Notes under the pieces: model-generated | What the model saw: the letters and a program-made list of their open reading frames with translations, nothing else | Told to the model about the DNA's origin: nothing | Database searches by the model: none | Program-made: the position numbers and the translations under genes | Source: a virus | Lineage: Duplodnaviria; Heunggongvirae; Uroviricota; Caudoviricetes | IMG/VR virus record: IMGVR_UViG_2690316068_000001 | Coordinates: 1-64,000 of that record | Length of the DNA stretch: 64,000 nucleotides | Direction: 5' to 3' (one strand) | Shown here: positions 19,254-29,165 of the stretch, piece after piece | Layout of the letters: each line of letters begins with the position of its first letter | Position numbering within the stretch: position 1 is the first letter of the stretch

Positions 19254-20099
19254 ATGCTGGCTAAAGTCACTTTCCTGAGCTGTATAACGATGAGCGATTT
19301 TACTTTTTCTGGCTATGAATTGGCCTGCTTTGTAACACACTCCGGTCTATCCCGTAGCGCCGGGCATATCCTGTCGCAATGTGCAAATCTAGCGGCAACA
19401 ACCAGTGAATACTTCATTCACAAGCCTCACCGCCTGATCGCGGCAGAAACTGGTTATAGCCAATCAACCGTCGTTCGTGCATTCCGTGAAGCTGTAAACA
19501 AAGGAATTCTGTCTGTAGAGATTGTTATCGGCGATCACCGTGAACGTCGCGCTAACCTGTACCGGTTTACACCATCCTTTTTGGCCTTCGCACAACAAGC
19601 CAAAAATGCGCTGATTGAAAGCAAATTAAAGATCTCTTCAGCGGCAACCAAGGTTAAAGCTGTTCTTGCTAAGACATTGGTTTTATTTAATTTTTTATCC
19701 ACACCCCCATGTCAAAATGATACCCCCTCCCCCTGTCAGGATGACGTGGCAATAAAGAATAAGAAGTCACAAGTTAAAAAAACAAAAAGATCAGTTTCCG
19801 GCGGTGCCGGAACGACCAGACTCAAAAAATTGACTTCATGGATCGCTGAGGCAAAAGCAAAGGCTGACAATCTGCGGTTATCCAAAAAACGCGCTCAAAA
19901 ACATGAGTTCAAGCAGAAAGTAGAGGCGGCAGCGCGGAAATATGCTTACCTGAAGGACAAGCGTTCTCCTGATATTGGCGGGATATCAAACTTCGATAAT
20001 CTGCCGCATTGCATGACGGTAAACGAAGCTCTTAATACGGTTTTAGCCAAAAATAAAGATAACGAACAATGGGGTATACCGGCAGGATTCAGAGGGTGA
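19254..20099 (+). CDS. repL: RepL-like lytic replication initiator
   Basis: 281 aa, directly after kilA; HTH-like segment; size and order fit a kilA-repL lytic replicon. Confidence 0.65.
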   Translation: MLAKVTFLSCITMSDFTFSGYELACFVTHSGLSRSAGHILSQCANLAATTSEYFIHKPHRLIAAETGYSQSTVVRAFREAVNKGILSVEIVIGDHRERRANLYRFTPSFLAFAQQAKNALIESKLKISSAATKVKAVLAKTLVLFNFLSTPPCQNDTPSPCQDDVAIKNKKSQVKKTKRSVSGGAGTTRLKKLTSWIAEAKAKADNLRLSKKRAQKHEFKQKVEAAARKYAYLKDKRSPDIGGISNFDNLPHCMTVNEALNTVLAKNKDNEQWGIPAGFRG

Positions 20100-20158
20100 T
20101 AGATTGCTCTAATCTGGAGTCACCTGGCGTTTTCAGTTTGAGGTCGGAGATGCAATCT

Positions 20159-20395
20159 GATTTTTTACAGTTAGCGATCGCTTTTGCAGGATATGTTTGT
20201 ATTGGCTTCTGTGTATACATGATCAGCCGAAAAATGCTTGTCGATATCGACCGCAAAGAACGAGCAGAGGAGATCTTAGTATGGATTTTCTTTGGCGCGG
20301 TCTGGCCATTAGGGATCATGTTTGCTGCAACATTTCTTCTGATGTGGATATTCACCCTTCCAGGTGATTTCTATAGAAAAAAAGCCAGACATTGA
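20159..20395 (+). CDS. Small membrane protein
   Basis: ORF-track frame 20069-20395; internal ATG at 20159 gives ~78 aa with two hydrophobic segments. Confidence 0.45.
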   Translation, partial: DFLQLAIAFAGYVCIGFCVYMISRKMLVDIDRKERAEEILVWIFFGAVWPLGIMFAATFLLMWIFTLPGDFYRKKARH

Positions 20396-20518
20396 TACAA
20401 TCGTTGCGGGTGCTTGAGGCTATCTGCTTCAGGCATTACCCGAAAAGCAGATAGAAGAAAGCCCCAGATAACATTACGCGTCCTGCAAGACGCTTAACAT
20501 TAATCTGAGGCCATATCT

Positions 20519-20725
20519 ATGCTTAGCATACGTAGATTAGCCTCTTACCGACCAAAAGGTCAAGGAGAAGCAGGCTATGAAGCAGCAAAAAGCGATGTTA
20601 ATCGCTCTGATCGTCATCTGTTTAACCGTCATTGTGACGGCACTGGTAACGAGGAAAGACCTCTGCGAGGTACGAATCCGAACCGGCCAGACGGAGGTCA
20701 CTGTCTTCACAGCCTACGAATCTGA
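20519..20725 (+). CDS. mok: Mok-like overlapping reading frame
   Basis: 68-aa ORF in another frame, almost fully overlapping the hok-like ORF, as in hok/sok loci. Confidence 0.45.
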   Translation: MLSIRRLASYRPKGQGEAGYEAAKSDVNRSDRHLFNRHCDGTGNEERPLRGTNPNRPDGGHCLHSLRI

Positions 20726-20732
20726 AAGGTAA
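20577..20732 (+). CDS. hok: Hok/Gef-family type I toxin (51 aa)
   Basis: MKQQKAMLIALIVICLTVIVTALVTRKDLCEVRIRTGQTEVTVFTAYESER is a close match to Gef/HokC-type toxins; SD aggaga upstream; below ORF-track size cut-off. Confidence 0.8.
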   Translation: MKQQKAMLIALIVICLTVIVTALVTRKDLCEVRIRTGQTEVTVFTAYESER

Positions 20733-20804
20733 GAGACCTGGCGGGGAGAGATCCTCGCCACTCTTCGTGTGTCAGGTATCCTCAATGCACCCTTTCCTCT
20801 CCAA

Positions 20805-20834
20805 ATAAAAAAGCTCCCGAAGGAGCTTTAAAAT
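20805..20834. terminator. Bidirectional rho-independent terminator
   Basis: aaaaaagctcccgaaggagctttaaaat between convergent transcription units. Confidence 0.65.
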
Positions 20835-20848
20835 ACAAGGGATGACTC

Positions 20849-21358
20849 TTAATCCCACTCAATCCAGTTGTAGACGATACGAAGTGACGGGCGCACAGCG
20901 GCAGTCACATCTTCGGTACTAAAGTCGATTGCATCACTGTAGATTTTGCAGTCCAACATTTCAATTGTTGTAGCAGCTTTTGTCACAGCGTTAACCCCGG
21001 AAGATTTGGATTCAGGGGTAGCAGCCATCGTGATATCAACATAGTCCTTCGCCGCAATGCGATCCTTGATGAACTGAAGAATATCGCCTTCGATAGTCTC
21101 CACGCACTGGACCTGGATTTCCCCAGAGTTTCGAATTGGTCCGTGCTGGTTGAACTTCACACCATTCGGACCATAGTCCTCCACATCCTCGCGGGTCATT
21201 TCAGGAATTTGCGACGTGCGAACCAGTACGCTGATATCTTCATGGCCTGCAAAAGTGAGCTGGAATTCAGAAGATACCAGTCGTTCGCCTTTGGCCGCGT
21301 TGGCAGTATAGCGGCCCTTAATAAATTTACGGTTTCCCTTAGTGTTATTGTGCCCCAT
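20849..21358 (-). CDS. Phage structural protein (possibly tail tube-like)
   Basis: 169-aa ORF downstream of sheath-like gene. Confidence 0.35.
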   Translation of the reverse strand: MGHNNTKGNRKFIKGRYTANAAKGERLVSSEFQLTFAGHEDISVLVRTSQIPEMTREDVEDYGPNGVKFNQHGPIRNSGEIQVQCVETIEGDILQFIKDRIAAKDYVDITMAATPESKSSGVNAVTKAATTIEMLDCKIYSDAIDFSTEDVTAAVRPSLRIVYNWIEWD

Positions 21359-21369
21359 ATAAAATCCTT

Positions 21370-21951
21370 TTACTGGAACGCCCGAACAATATCGGAGCTG
21401 TTATATATCGAAGAACCGGTCAACTGGAGGTTGACGGTGTTTTTCAGGAAATGCCCATTGCTGTCCCTGGGCGCATCGAGATCGAAACTTATGTCCTGGA
21501 TAGCGACATCAATGATGTTGATCCGGCGACCAATGTTTAGCGTCACGCGCTCCGGGATTCGACCACCAATACTGGCATCTTTAAGTTCCGGGCTAATCAT
21601 CGCTGACAATGCGGCGATAGCTCCTGAAACCTCCGTGAATGGGTCAAACAAAGCGATGAAAGTTACTGGCAGCGTGAAAGTCGGCGGTGTTCCCCCTTCC
21701 CAAACCATTAAGCTGTTCCAACGGGCAACCGACGTTGTTTCAGTACCAACCTGCGCAAAACCACTGAAGGCACCAGCAACAGATCCCATGGACATACCGG
21801 TAAACGGCGCTTCCCAATTCTGGGCCATGTTCATTGCCGCCCCCTGGCTGATATATCCGGTAACCTGGTACTGAGAGTTCGTTAAAGTAACTTTCAGAAA
21901 TGGCGATACACCGTCAGCCTGGCTGTAAACCCCATAAGGAATAGGTGCCAT
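21370..21951 (-). CDS. Phage structural/morphogenesis protein
   Basis: 193-aa ORF in same operon. Confidence 0.35.
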   Translation of the reverse strand: MAPIPYGVYSQADGVSPFLKVTLTNSQYQVTGYISQGAAMNMAQNWEAPFTGMSMGSVAGAFSGFAQVGTETTSVARWNSLMVWEGGTPPTFTLPVTFIALFDPFTEVSGAIAALSAMISPELKDASIGGRIPERVTLNIGRRINIIDVAIQDISFDLDAPRDSNGHFLKNTVNLQLTGSSIYNSSDIVRAFQ

Positions 21952-21986
21952 TCAAGTTAAAGGCCGGAGTTCTCCGGCCTCCTCCT

Positions 21987-22802
21987 TTAGCCAAGGCGCT
22001 TACGGCGCAGTTTCATTGACTTTTTGCGGGCAAGTTTTGCCGCGCCGGTCTGGGCTTTTCGACGCGCTTTTTTCAGCGCCGATTTTTGAGCCGCAGTCAG
22101 ACGTTTTTTACGCAGGCGTTTACGGATGAGTTTGATCTCACCGTTACGAACAACCTTCTTAAATGCTTCAGTCAGCATTTCATCAGAAGTGCCAGCAACA
22201 ACAAACGCCGCTTCCAGTTCGTCACGGTCGTCGCTATCTAAACCAGCGATAGAGGCACCAACATCAGCGGCTGCGTCGTCGTCTTCATCGTCAGCCAGTG
22301 CTTCGATCAGGTCATCATCTACACCGCATGCTGCGAGGAAGTCAGCAACATTTGCCCATGCTTCGTTATAGGCATCGTCCTGTTCTTCTGTAACTTCGGA
22401 GTCGTCGTCATCAGAGATACCAGCGATAGCCTGAACGAAACCATCAAGGGAGTCGAAAGTCAGATCACCGCTATCAGCCCAGGCGAAAACGGCGTCGGCC
22501 GCATCACTCAACGCATTCTGCATAGCACTTCGATTTGCAGCTTCCAGAATCATCTGGTGCGCCTGTTCGACGGTCCATTCTTTACCGTCTTTCCCTTCCA
22601 GGATTTGCTCAGGAGCCGGGGCAGATGGAACGTTATCGTTAGTCTGTGCCGCCGGTTCCGGATTATTATTAATAACCGGATCTGTTGGCGGTTCGGCGCT
22701 TGCTCGGGCAGACTCCATCAGCTGCACAGGATCAGAGTTCAAAGCGAAACGGGACAGTCCATTCCCCAAAAATGCCCCGGATTGAAAAAAGTTTTTGCTC
22801 AT
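21987..22802 (-). CDS. Acidic protein with basic K/R-rich C-terminus
   Basis: 271 aa; D/E-rich middle, C-terminal KRLRKKRLTAAQKSALKKARRK tail. Confidence 0.4.
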   Translation of the reverse strand: MSKNFFQSGAFLGNGLSRFALNSDPVQLMESARASAEPPTDPVINNNPEPAAQTNDNVPSAPAPEQILEGKDGKEWTVEQAHQMILEAANRSAMQNALSDAADAVFAWADSGDLTFDSLDGFVQAIAGISDDDDSEVTEEQDDAYNEAWANVADFLAACGVDDDLIEALADDEDDDAAADVGASIAGLDSDDRDELEAAFVVAGTSDEMLTEAFKKVVRNGEIKLIRKRLRKKRLTAAQKSALKKARRKAQTGAAKLARKKSMKLRRKRLG

Positions 22803-22811
22803 TGTATTCCC

Positions 22812-24401
22812 TTACTTAATAAGCAGCGGTACGCCCTGGATACGACGGGCTACGCCAGTCGGGCAGCAGGCCCAGACTACTTCCCATTTATCGAATTCCG
22901 CCTGCGTAACTTTCAGCACATACGGTTCTGTACCGTCAGCATCAGGATCACGAGGAGCCACCAGAGCGCCGGAGGCGACAAAGCGATCCAAAAGTTTGGT
23001 CATCCCTTTAGTCAGACCAGCGGCAGTAATACCGTCAGGGCTATGCTTCATCTGGCGGGCTAACTGGACAAAGAAACGGCTGATTGCATTCATCAGGGAT
23101 GGGACGTGCTGGAAGTGCAGATAGTTATCCTGCGTGCAGCAAGTTAAAGCATCGTCGATGATCATCTGGCCAGAGGTGCCAACAGATACTTTATTGAGGC
23201 GGCCCTTAACCATTGCTTCTTCGTCCGGGGTATCTTCCGGATACAGCGGTTGAATTGACGCACGAGCAATGACGGCACGTTCTTCACCAGCCGGTGAGTA
23301 ATGCCAACCGCCGACATCAGAGTTTTTCTTGACGCCACGAGCTTTCGCCGCATACGCCGCGCCAGACAGACCGAAGACCACACGGGATTGGGTCCATTTG
23401 TCTTTGCAGGAGAACGGGAAGTGATAGACAGCACAGCTTACATAATCGGTACCAAGTAAACCGGTATCTTCAACAGCAGAGAGCGCTTCCGTATACGTCA
23501 ATGTCGGTTTGACATCAAAGAAGCCATCAATCAGGCGATCTGCACAGATTTTACCTAATGCGGTGATAGCCGCATTGTCATAGCAGCCCAGGCCGAGAAC
23601 AGCGGTGTACATGTACGGCGCATTGTTCAGCACTTTCACCGCACGCAGGTAAGCAGCAGTGGAAATGTTCGACTGATCGCCGTTGGTACCGCCAGTGAAC
23701 GCCAGCGATTTTTTATTTGTTACTTTCGCCGTCGAAATCAGCTCTTCATTAACAACCGCGCGCAGATATTTAGAACGGGCTTCCAGAGCCGTAGGCAGAT
23801 AACACAAGCGGCCCATGTCATCTTTCGCTTCTTCCGCCAAAGACACAGTGTGTGTCTCCAGGGTCGTTACCACGCCGAGCGAAGTCGTCTGGGTCAGTTT
23901 TAAGAGGAAGCGTTCATTACCCGCGCTGTCCGCTGTTGCCGTTTCGATGGTTAACTCACGGGTAGGTGAAATACACGGATCACCATCATCAACGTAGATA
24001 GCAAAGGCTTCGCCACTATCAAGTTCAATTTCAGAACCGTATGGCAACGCACTGTAAGCCGGTTCGCCTGATTCATCGAACATAATAATCGGGAACTTCG
24101 CATCATCCGGAACAGCACGGACAACATAACCAGACGTTTGCTGAATAGCTTCGTACACATGGCGAATTGGTTCGAACTGTGAGCCGGAAGACGGCTTCAG
24201 CGGTTCGCCGAGAACATCTTCGTAATTGGACTCAGTAACCGCAAGAACAGTAAACGGCTTGCCACGCGCAAATACGCCAATACCAGCCCACAAGCTGCTA
24301 TTTAATGCAACACCGGTAGATAACGTCGCATCGGCATTGATCGGGCTAACAGCGACGCCGGATGCATTACCTAATGACTGTTGAATTGAATATTGAGACA
24401 T
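22812..24401 (-). CDS. Tail sheath-like protein (putative)
   Basis: 529 aa; size and weak resemblance to contractile sheath proteins. Confidence 0.45.
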   Translation of the reverse strand: MSQYSIQQSLGNASGVAVSPINADATLSTGVALNSSLWAGIGVFARGKPFTVLAVTESNYEDVLGEPLKPSSGSQFEPIRHVYEAIQQTSGYVVRAVPDDAKFPIIMFDESGEPAYSALPYGSEIELDSGEAFAIYVDDGDPCISPTRELTIETATADSAGNERFLLKLTQTTSLGVVTTLETHTVSLAEEAKDDMGRLCYLPTALEARSKYLRAVVNEELISTAKVTNKKSLAFTGGTNGDQSNISTAAYLRAVKVLNNAPYMYTAVLGLGCYDNAAITALGKICADRLIDGFFDVKPTLTYTEALSAVEDTGLLGTDYVSCAVYHFPFSCKDKWTQSRVVFGLSGAAYAAKARGVKKNSDVGGWHYSPAGEERAVIARASIQPLYPEDTPDEEAMVKGRLNKVSVGTSGQMIIDDALTCCTQDNYLHFQHVPSLMNAISRFFVQLARQMKHSPDGITAAGLTKGMTKLLDRFVASGALVAPRDPDADGTEPYVLKVTQAEFDKWEVVWACCPTGVARRIQGVPLLIK

Positions 24402-24461
24402 AACTTTCCCTGTTATGCGCCCCGCACGGGGGCGCTATGTTAAACGGAGAACTTCCCCTGA

Positions 24462-26189
24462 TTACTCAGAGTCACCGGCATCAATCGTGTCGCCGCTTAT
24501 AAAGTTAAGCCCGCCTTTTTTGGCCATTGTCAGCGTTACACGAGTGAAGTAATCAGCGCCGTTGCGTGGGTGCATATCGTTGATAGCCGAACCCCACAGT
24601 GTGGTACGGTTGACCAGCGCCGGAGTGGTCGGATGCTGGAACGGGATAGCCGGGACAGCATCACCAGTCACAAAGCCTGCTTTACCCGGATTTTCATCAC
24701 GGACGTAGCACAGCACATCCATCGAGCTGAACTGAATGTTCTCTGTCGTTAAGTTCTTACAAATACCAGCAGGTACTTCGTACACTTTCACGTTACCGAA
24801 CAGGGTACCGATGTAGTGAACATACGGAGTCTGGATATAGTCTTCGGCTGGCTGGAAGAAATCCTTCGGCAACTGTTTGAAGAAAGATGCTGCATCAGCA
24901 CCAGCAAACATCCCCATCGCACCAGAAGATTTAACGCGCTCAATAATGTCGCGATATACAGTCTGGAATTTGCCACGAATGATGGTTGCCCATACATCAA
25001 AGGACTGGTTAACCGGCAGAGCGATGTCAAAGGTGTCGGTCGCAAGAGTGCGCCAGATCATGATGCGAAGACGTAGCATATCCTGTTCATGAGACAGGTA
25101 TTCCTTCAGGGTGCGGAACTGTAGGGAACCCAGGTCCAGACCAAATTCACGCTGTGCTTCATACGCCGCCTGTACCGTGTGCTCAGCCGCGATAACGAAC
25201 TGGCTTGGGAACAGGGTGTATTTCTTCATTTCGTGGTTGATCAGCGGGATCAGCTCAGGAGCGGCTTCAATATTGATTTCCGTCTCAATTGCGATCTCAG
25301 TGCCTTTATCCGGCGCTTTGGAGAACGACAGGGCAATCTGACCAATGTTGTAGTTCAGAGAGCAGGTAACAGTGATTTGCTCACCAGCAGCATTAGTAAA
25401 CGAGTGAAGTAGGCTGCCGGAACCGTTATCAACAACAGACTTAATACGGTTAACGTAGATGTTAGTACGACCTTTTCGGATTGGTACATTCTGGCCTTCG
25501 AAGTCTTCCATCTTGAAGGTTGCGGTTTTGCTGGTGCCATCGGAGCTTGCCACCAGCACATAGCGGCGGCGTAACTGGCTGTACACCCCGACGGATTGCA
25601 TGTCCAGAACATCACCAGCAGCATAAGAACCAAAAGAGGAACCTGCCACGTTAAAGACTTCATAGATGTCTGACTGGTCACGCGTAACCGGAATGAAGGT
25701 ACACGCATCAGCGGTAGCGGCCCCCAACTGAACAGGCAGGATCATCGCGAGGAATAAAGGCAGACGCATAACACCGTCAGAAACGCTCATCATCTCTGCT
25801 GCGACGGATTCCAGCATCGCTTTATTAGTGGCATCCATGCTGTTGCGGGTGGACTCAATCAGGCAGTTTTCCAGCGTCTGGTGGCAGGAGGCCAGAATTT
25901 CCGGACGCGGCATAGATTTATGTGCTGCGGCGTAGTCAGCCAGTGCACTTGCCCACGCTGTAGCGATTTGAGCGGTGGCATTATCAGAGATACCCGCAAA
26001 AACCGGGTCTTTACGTGCAGCTTCAAGGATAGATGCGGCACGCGCGGCATCATCTTTAATGAATTGGTTATCAGTACCGAACTGCGCAGTGCTTGCCCAG
26101 CCAAGCACAGCTTTAGAGCGTTTTGCGATATCTGCAATACGATTCTGGTATTCGCGTAAGTTACTCAATTTACTCTTCCTTAAACACAA
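24462..26189 (-). CDS. Major head protein-like (putative)
   Basis: 575-aa ORF adjacent to par locus; assignment by position and size only. Confidence 0.4.
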   Translation of the reverse strand: MCLRKSKLSNLREYQNRIADIAKRSKAVLGWASTAQFGTDNQFIKDDAARAASILEAARKDPVFAGISDNATAQIATAWASALADYAAAHKSMPRPEILASCHQTLENCLIESTRNSMDATNKAMLESVAAEMMSVSDGVMRLPLFLAMILPVQLGAATADACTFIPVTRDQSDIYEVFNVAGSSFGSYAAGDVLDMQSVGVYSQLRRRYVLVASSDGTSKTATFKMEDFEGQNVPIRKGRTNIYVNRIKSVVDNGSGSLLHSFTNAAGEQITVTCSLNYNIGQIALSFSKAPDKGTEIAIETEINIEAAPELIPLINHEMKKYTLFPSQFVIAAEHTVQAAYEAQREFGLDLGSLQFRTLKEYLSHEQDMLRLRIMIWRTLATDTFDIALPVNQSFDVWATIIRGKFQTVYRDIIERVKSSGAMGMFAGADAASFFKQLPKDFFQPAEDYIQTPYVHYIGTLFGNVKVYEVPAGICKNLTTENIQFSSMDVLCYVRDENPGKAGFVTGDAVPAIPFQHPTTPALVNRTTLWGSAINDMHPRNGADYFTRVTLTMAKKGGLNFISGDTIDAGDSE

Positions 26190-26295
26190 GGCACTTGTGT
26201 GAATCCCTTTTCGGAAGAGATTTTATTGAAAGTCACTTGTTGACTTTCTCGTGACAAGCAATTTTTTTATTTTTTTCGGGAGTAGGGGAGGAAGG

Positions 26296-26398
26296 TAAAA
26301 TCCAAGGTGAAATCGTGGCGATTTCACCTTGAAATTTTAGATGGATTTACTTTAAAAACAGTAGGTTAATAGTGAAATTTGAATGGCGAAAGTTTAAG
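26296..26398. promoter_or_regulatory. parS: parS-like partition site
   Basis: Heptamer ATTTCAC/GTGAAAT and hexamer TCGCCA/TGGCGA boxes in two clusters separated by an AT-rich stretch, directly downstream of parB. Confidence 0.7.
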
Positions 26399-27395
26399 GC
26401 TTCGGCTTTTTATCGAGGCTCTTTCTAAGGATATGCCCAATCATCCTGTCGAGTTCTTCCTGTAGCTCTTTTGAAAGTCGATTAAACTCATAAGAAAATG
26501 CACGGCCTTTCACGCGCTTCCTTGCAAAGCGATCCTTGTCCTCAAATTTCCATAATTCAGTAACTACGGACTTATCTTTAGAACCTTTATCCGTGAGTAG
26601 TGAGGCTTCCTTTGTTATCAAGCGCAGGATTTTATTTTTAACTTCATCTTCGGCCATTTCTTCAATGGATAAGATGTCGTTTATTTCCGGGGATATGTTT
26701 TGAATAAGCTGATCAAACTCTAAATTCTTGTTCCCCATTTCGTCGCCAACAGCACAAAGCGTTTTGTAGTCCGAAAAGGTTAATTCCGACTGCACAGGGA
26801 AAAGGGCGACTAATTCTTCCGGAGCACTCGCTGCCTGGAGAGCACGCGTGACCTTCGCCTGAGACAGCCCTTCTTTGGCTGCAATATCCTTCTGACTCAT
26901 CCCATCATTTTTCATTCGCATCAAACGCAGACCTATTTCTCGAATGCTGTGCTGCAATGCTGTCTGAACGTCTTTCGCTAAATTTTGCGCTTCCTGAACG
27001 CTGATCTCCTGGTCCGTGACTAAAACCCGCAACCCTACGTTCTCTAAGATGGCAGAAGCTCGACGCCGGGAACCATCCAAAATTTCAATTTTCCCTGTAG
27101 CCCGTCTAACACCTATTGCAGGGTAAAATTGCTGATGCTTAATAGTGCTTCGGATACTTTTTAATGATTTTGGCGTAAGAGATGCCTGGTCACGCCCGTT
27201 GTTATGCTGATCAACAAAGGTATCGCTTTCTACCTGGTTCGGAGGTATTACCTCTTCAATAAATGTGGCCTGGCGACCAGTTGATAACTTGAATACCTGC
27301 TCGACTCGATCGCCAGAGGCTGAAGAACTATCAAATCCGCTTAATATTGAAGGATTAAGGGTTCGCCCAATTGTTGGTCTGTTTTTCTTTGACAT
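26394..27395 (-). CDS. parB: ParB partition protein
   Basis: 333 aa; ParB-type motif (…IGVRRATGKIEILDGSRRRASA…); follows parA. Confidence 0.85.
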   Translation of the reverse strand: MSKKNRPTIGRTLNPSILSGFDSSSASGDRVEQVFKLSTGRQATFIEEVIPPNQVESDTFVDQHNNGRDQASLTPKSLKSIRSTIKHQQFYPAIGVRRATGKIEILDGSRRRASAILENVGLRVLVTDQEISVQEAQNLAKDVQTALQHSIREIGLRLMRMKNDGMSQKDIAAKEGLSQAKVTRALQAASAPEELVALFPVQSELTFSDYKTLCAVGDEMGNKNLEFDQLIQNISPEINDILSIEEMAEDEVKNKILRLITKEASLLTDKGSKDKSVVTELWKFEDKDRFARKRVKGRAFSYEFNRLSKELQEELDRMIGHILRKSLDKKPKP

Positions 27396-27411
27396 GGGGG
27401 TTTCTTACTCC

Positions 27412-28608
27412 TCAGTTAGATCTGATAAATTCAATACGGTCAAAAACTGCTTTAGCAAAATCTTCCGCGGCAATTCGCGCGTTCTTCAATGCATCAGCAC
27501 TACCAACATACGTTGCCGGGTTAGCTGAAATAACAGTGTCAAAAGACTCGCCGCAACGTTCAAAACCGTCAAGGCGAGGGAGGACGACATCGAGCATATC
27601 CCCACCGAACACTTCTTTAGCCAGGCTATGGCAATACTTATGATCTGCCTTGTTACTCAACTTGGACATAAAACCAATGTTAGTCGCAAGCTGGCACTCG
27701 CAGCCTTCATCCGAAATGAGTTTCACCAACTCAGGAAGGCGGGCAACGTATTTAAGCGATGAGTGGAAATCGACAGTTGCTGGCGGCAGAGGTGTAAACA
27801 GTATATTGGCCGAGGCCAAAGCATTTTTCAGGAAGGCGTCAAGGTGAGGACCACTATCAACGAGGATAAAGTCATAATCGCTCTTCAGCTTATCAATCAC
27901 ATTCTCTTTCAGGACAGCATGGATGTTCTGACCCGGTAGATGCTCATTGCACAGCTCTCTCCAATCGGATGCAATAAAGGCATCGTCAATCGACGCAGGC
28001 ATAACGTCAACCCCAGGTACAACAGAAGGAACAATAAACTCCTCTAACAGCTCTTCACGGCTTACATTCTGCAACATAGCCTGTGCAGATGTTGCGTTTA
28101 CGATACCAATAGAGTGTTTATGGCTTAAAAACATCGTTGCTGAAGATTGCGGATCAAGGTCAATAACCAGAATCCTTAAATCTTCCATCAGAAGATGAGG
28201 GTGGGCACGCATTGCATGCGCCAGAGAAACCGTCGATACAGTTTTTGACACACCGCCTTTAAGATTGGAGATGAAAATCACATACGCTTCGCTGTAGCGA
28301 TCCCGGTATTTTGGCACTCCGCGATGTTCATATATGTCAATGATGTTCTGAATTGACATCGCATATTTCATTGAAGAGCCAGCAGGGCGTTTATCGAAAA
28401 CATAACCCTTTTCTTCCATTTCACTTACGGCATAGTCAACGTTCGCTCGAGTCAGTAGAGGCAATTTTGCCAGTGCCGCTTTCGCATAGACCTGGTAAAA
28501 CTCGTTCGCGTGTAGCTCATCCTTTTGCAACTGTACTTGTTCAGTCAGAACATTGAGCATTCTGTTTGCTCTTTGAGCAACCTTGTGAAGCTGGCTGGAA
28601 TCACTCAT
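27412..28608 (-). CDS. parA: ParA partition ATPase
   Basis: 398 aa; deviant Walker A (LKGGVSKT) and …ILVIDLDPQSSAT… motifs. Confidence 0.85.
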   Translation of the reverse strand: MSDSSQLHKVAQRANRMLNVLTEQVQLQKDELHANEFYQVYAKAALAKLPLLTRANVDYAVSEMEEKGYVFDKRPAGSSMKYAMSIQNIIDIYEHRGVPKYRDRYSEAYVIFISNLKGGVSKTVSTVSLAHAMRAHPHLLMEDLRILVIDLDPQSSATMFLSHKHSIGIVNATSAQAMLQNVSREELLEEFIVPSVVPGVDVMPASIDDAFIASDWRELCNEHLPGQNIHAVLKENVIDKLKSDYDFILVDSGPHLDAFLKNALASANILFTPLPPATVDFHSSLKYVARLPELVKLISDEGCECQLATNIGFMSKLSNKADHKYCHSLAKEVFGGDMLDVVLPRLDGFERCGESFDTVISANPATYVGSADALKNARIAAEDFAKAVFDRIEFIRSN

Positions 28609-28690
28609 CGAAAGTCATCCTTTATGCTGTATTTTTGAATTTAATTAAAAATGCTGCATAAAATAATAATGTATGCGTAGATGCTTGTAC
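28609..28690 (-). promoter_or_regulatory. par promoter/operator region (AT-rich palindrome)
   Basis: tttttgaatttaattaaaaatgctgcataaaataataat upstream of parA. Confidence 0.4.
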
Positions 28691-28865
28691 ATAGCATTCT
28701 CTGCATGTTTACTCCTTTGCCAAGTGTGTCACAACATGCTTTGGCATCCTCCACGTATAAAGGACGCGGATTTCTTCTATGTTCAGGTTGTAGCCTGAAT
28801 CATTTTGGTGATTTCCTGCTTCAACGGGCTGCCAGGCTTCACTCTCTATCAACTGGTGAGAACGG

Positions 28866-29165
28866 CTTGCCCGGCAGCTTCGATGTGTGCTGGAGGGAGA
28901 ATAAAAGTCTAAGATGTGCGATAGAGGGAAGTCGCATTGAATTATGTGCTGTGGAGGGATCGCTGGTATCAAATATGTGTACTGGAGGGAAAGGCAGAGA
29001 ATTACATGTGCACTGGAGGGAAAAACGGATGGACAGATGTGTGCTGGAGGGAAAGTCTGGGCAAACTGCGGGGCGTCCCCCTCCAGCGCACATCAAAAAC
29101 AGGAAATTGGACAAGCCTTCCCGGCAGCACACATTTTTTTAATGCAGCTTCCCTCCAGCACACAC
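28866..29165. repeat. Iteron array downstream of repA (incA-like), about 9 copies in two orientations
   Basis: Repeated (A/G)ATGTG(T/C)(G/A)CTGGAGGGA and inverted TCCCTCCAGCACACA copies. Confidence 0.8.

Noticed and set aside
22126-22371. Ser-rich 81-aa plus-strand ORF
   Set aside because: Antisense of the acidic D/E-rich gene 21987-22802 (GAx codons read as Ser/Ala on the opposite strand); artefact.
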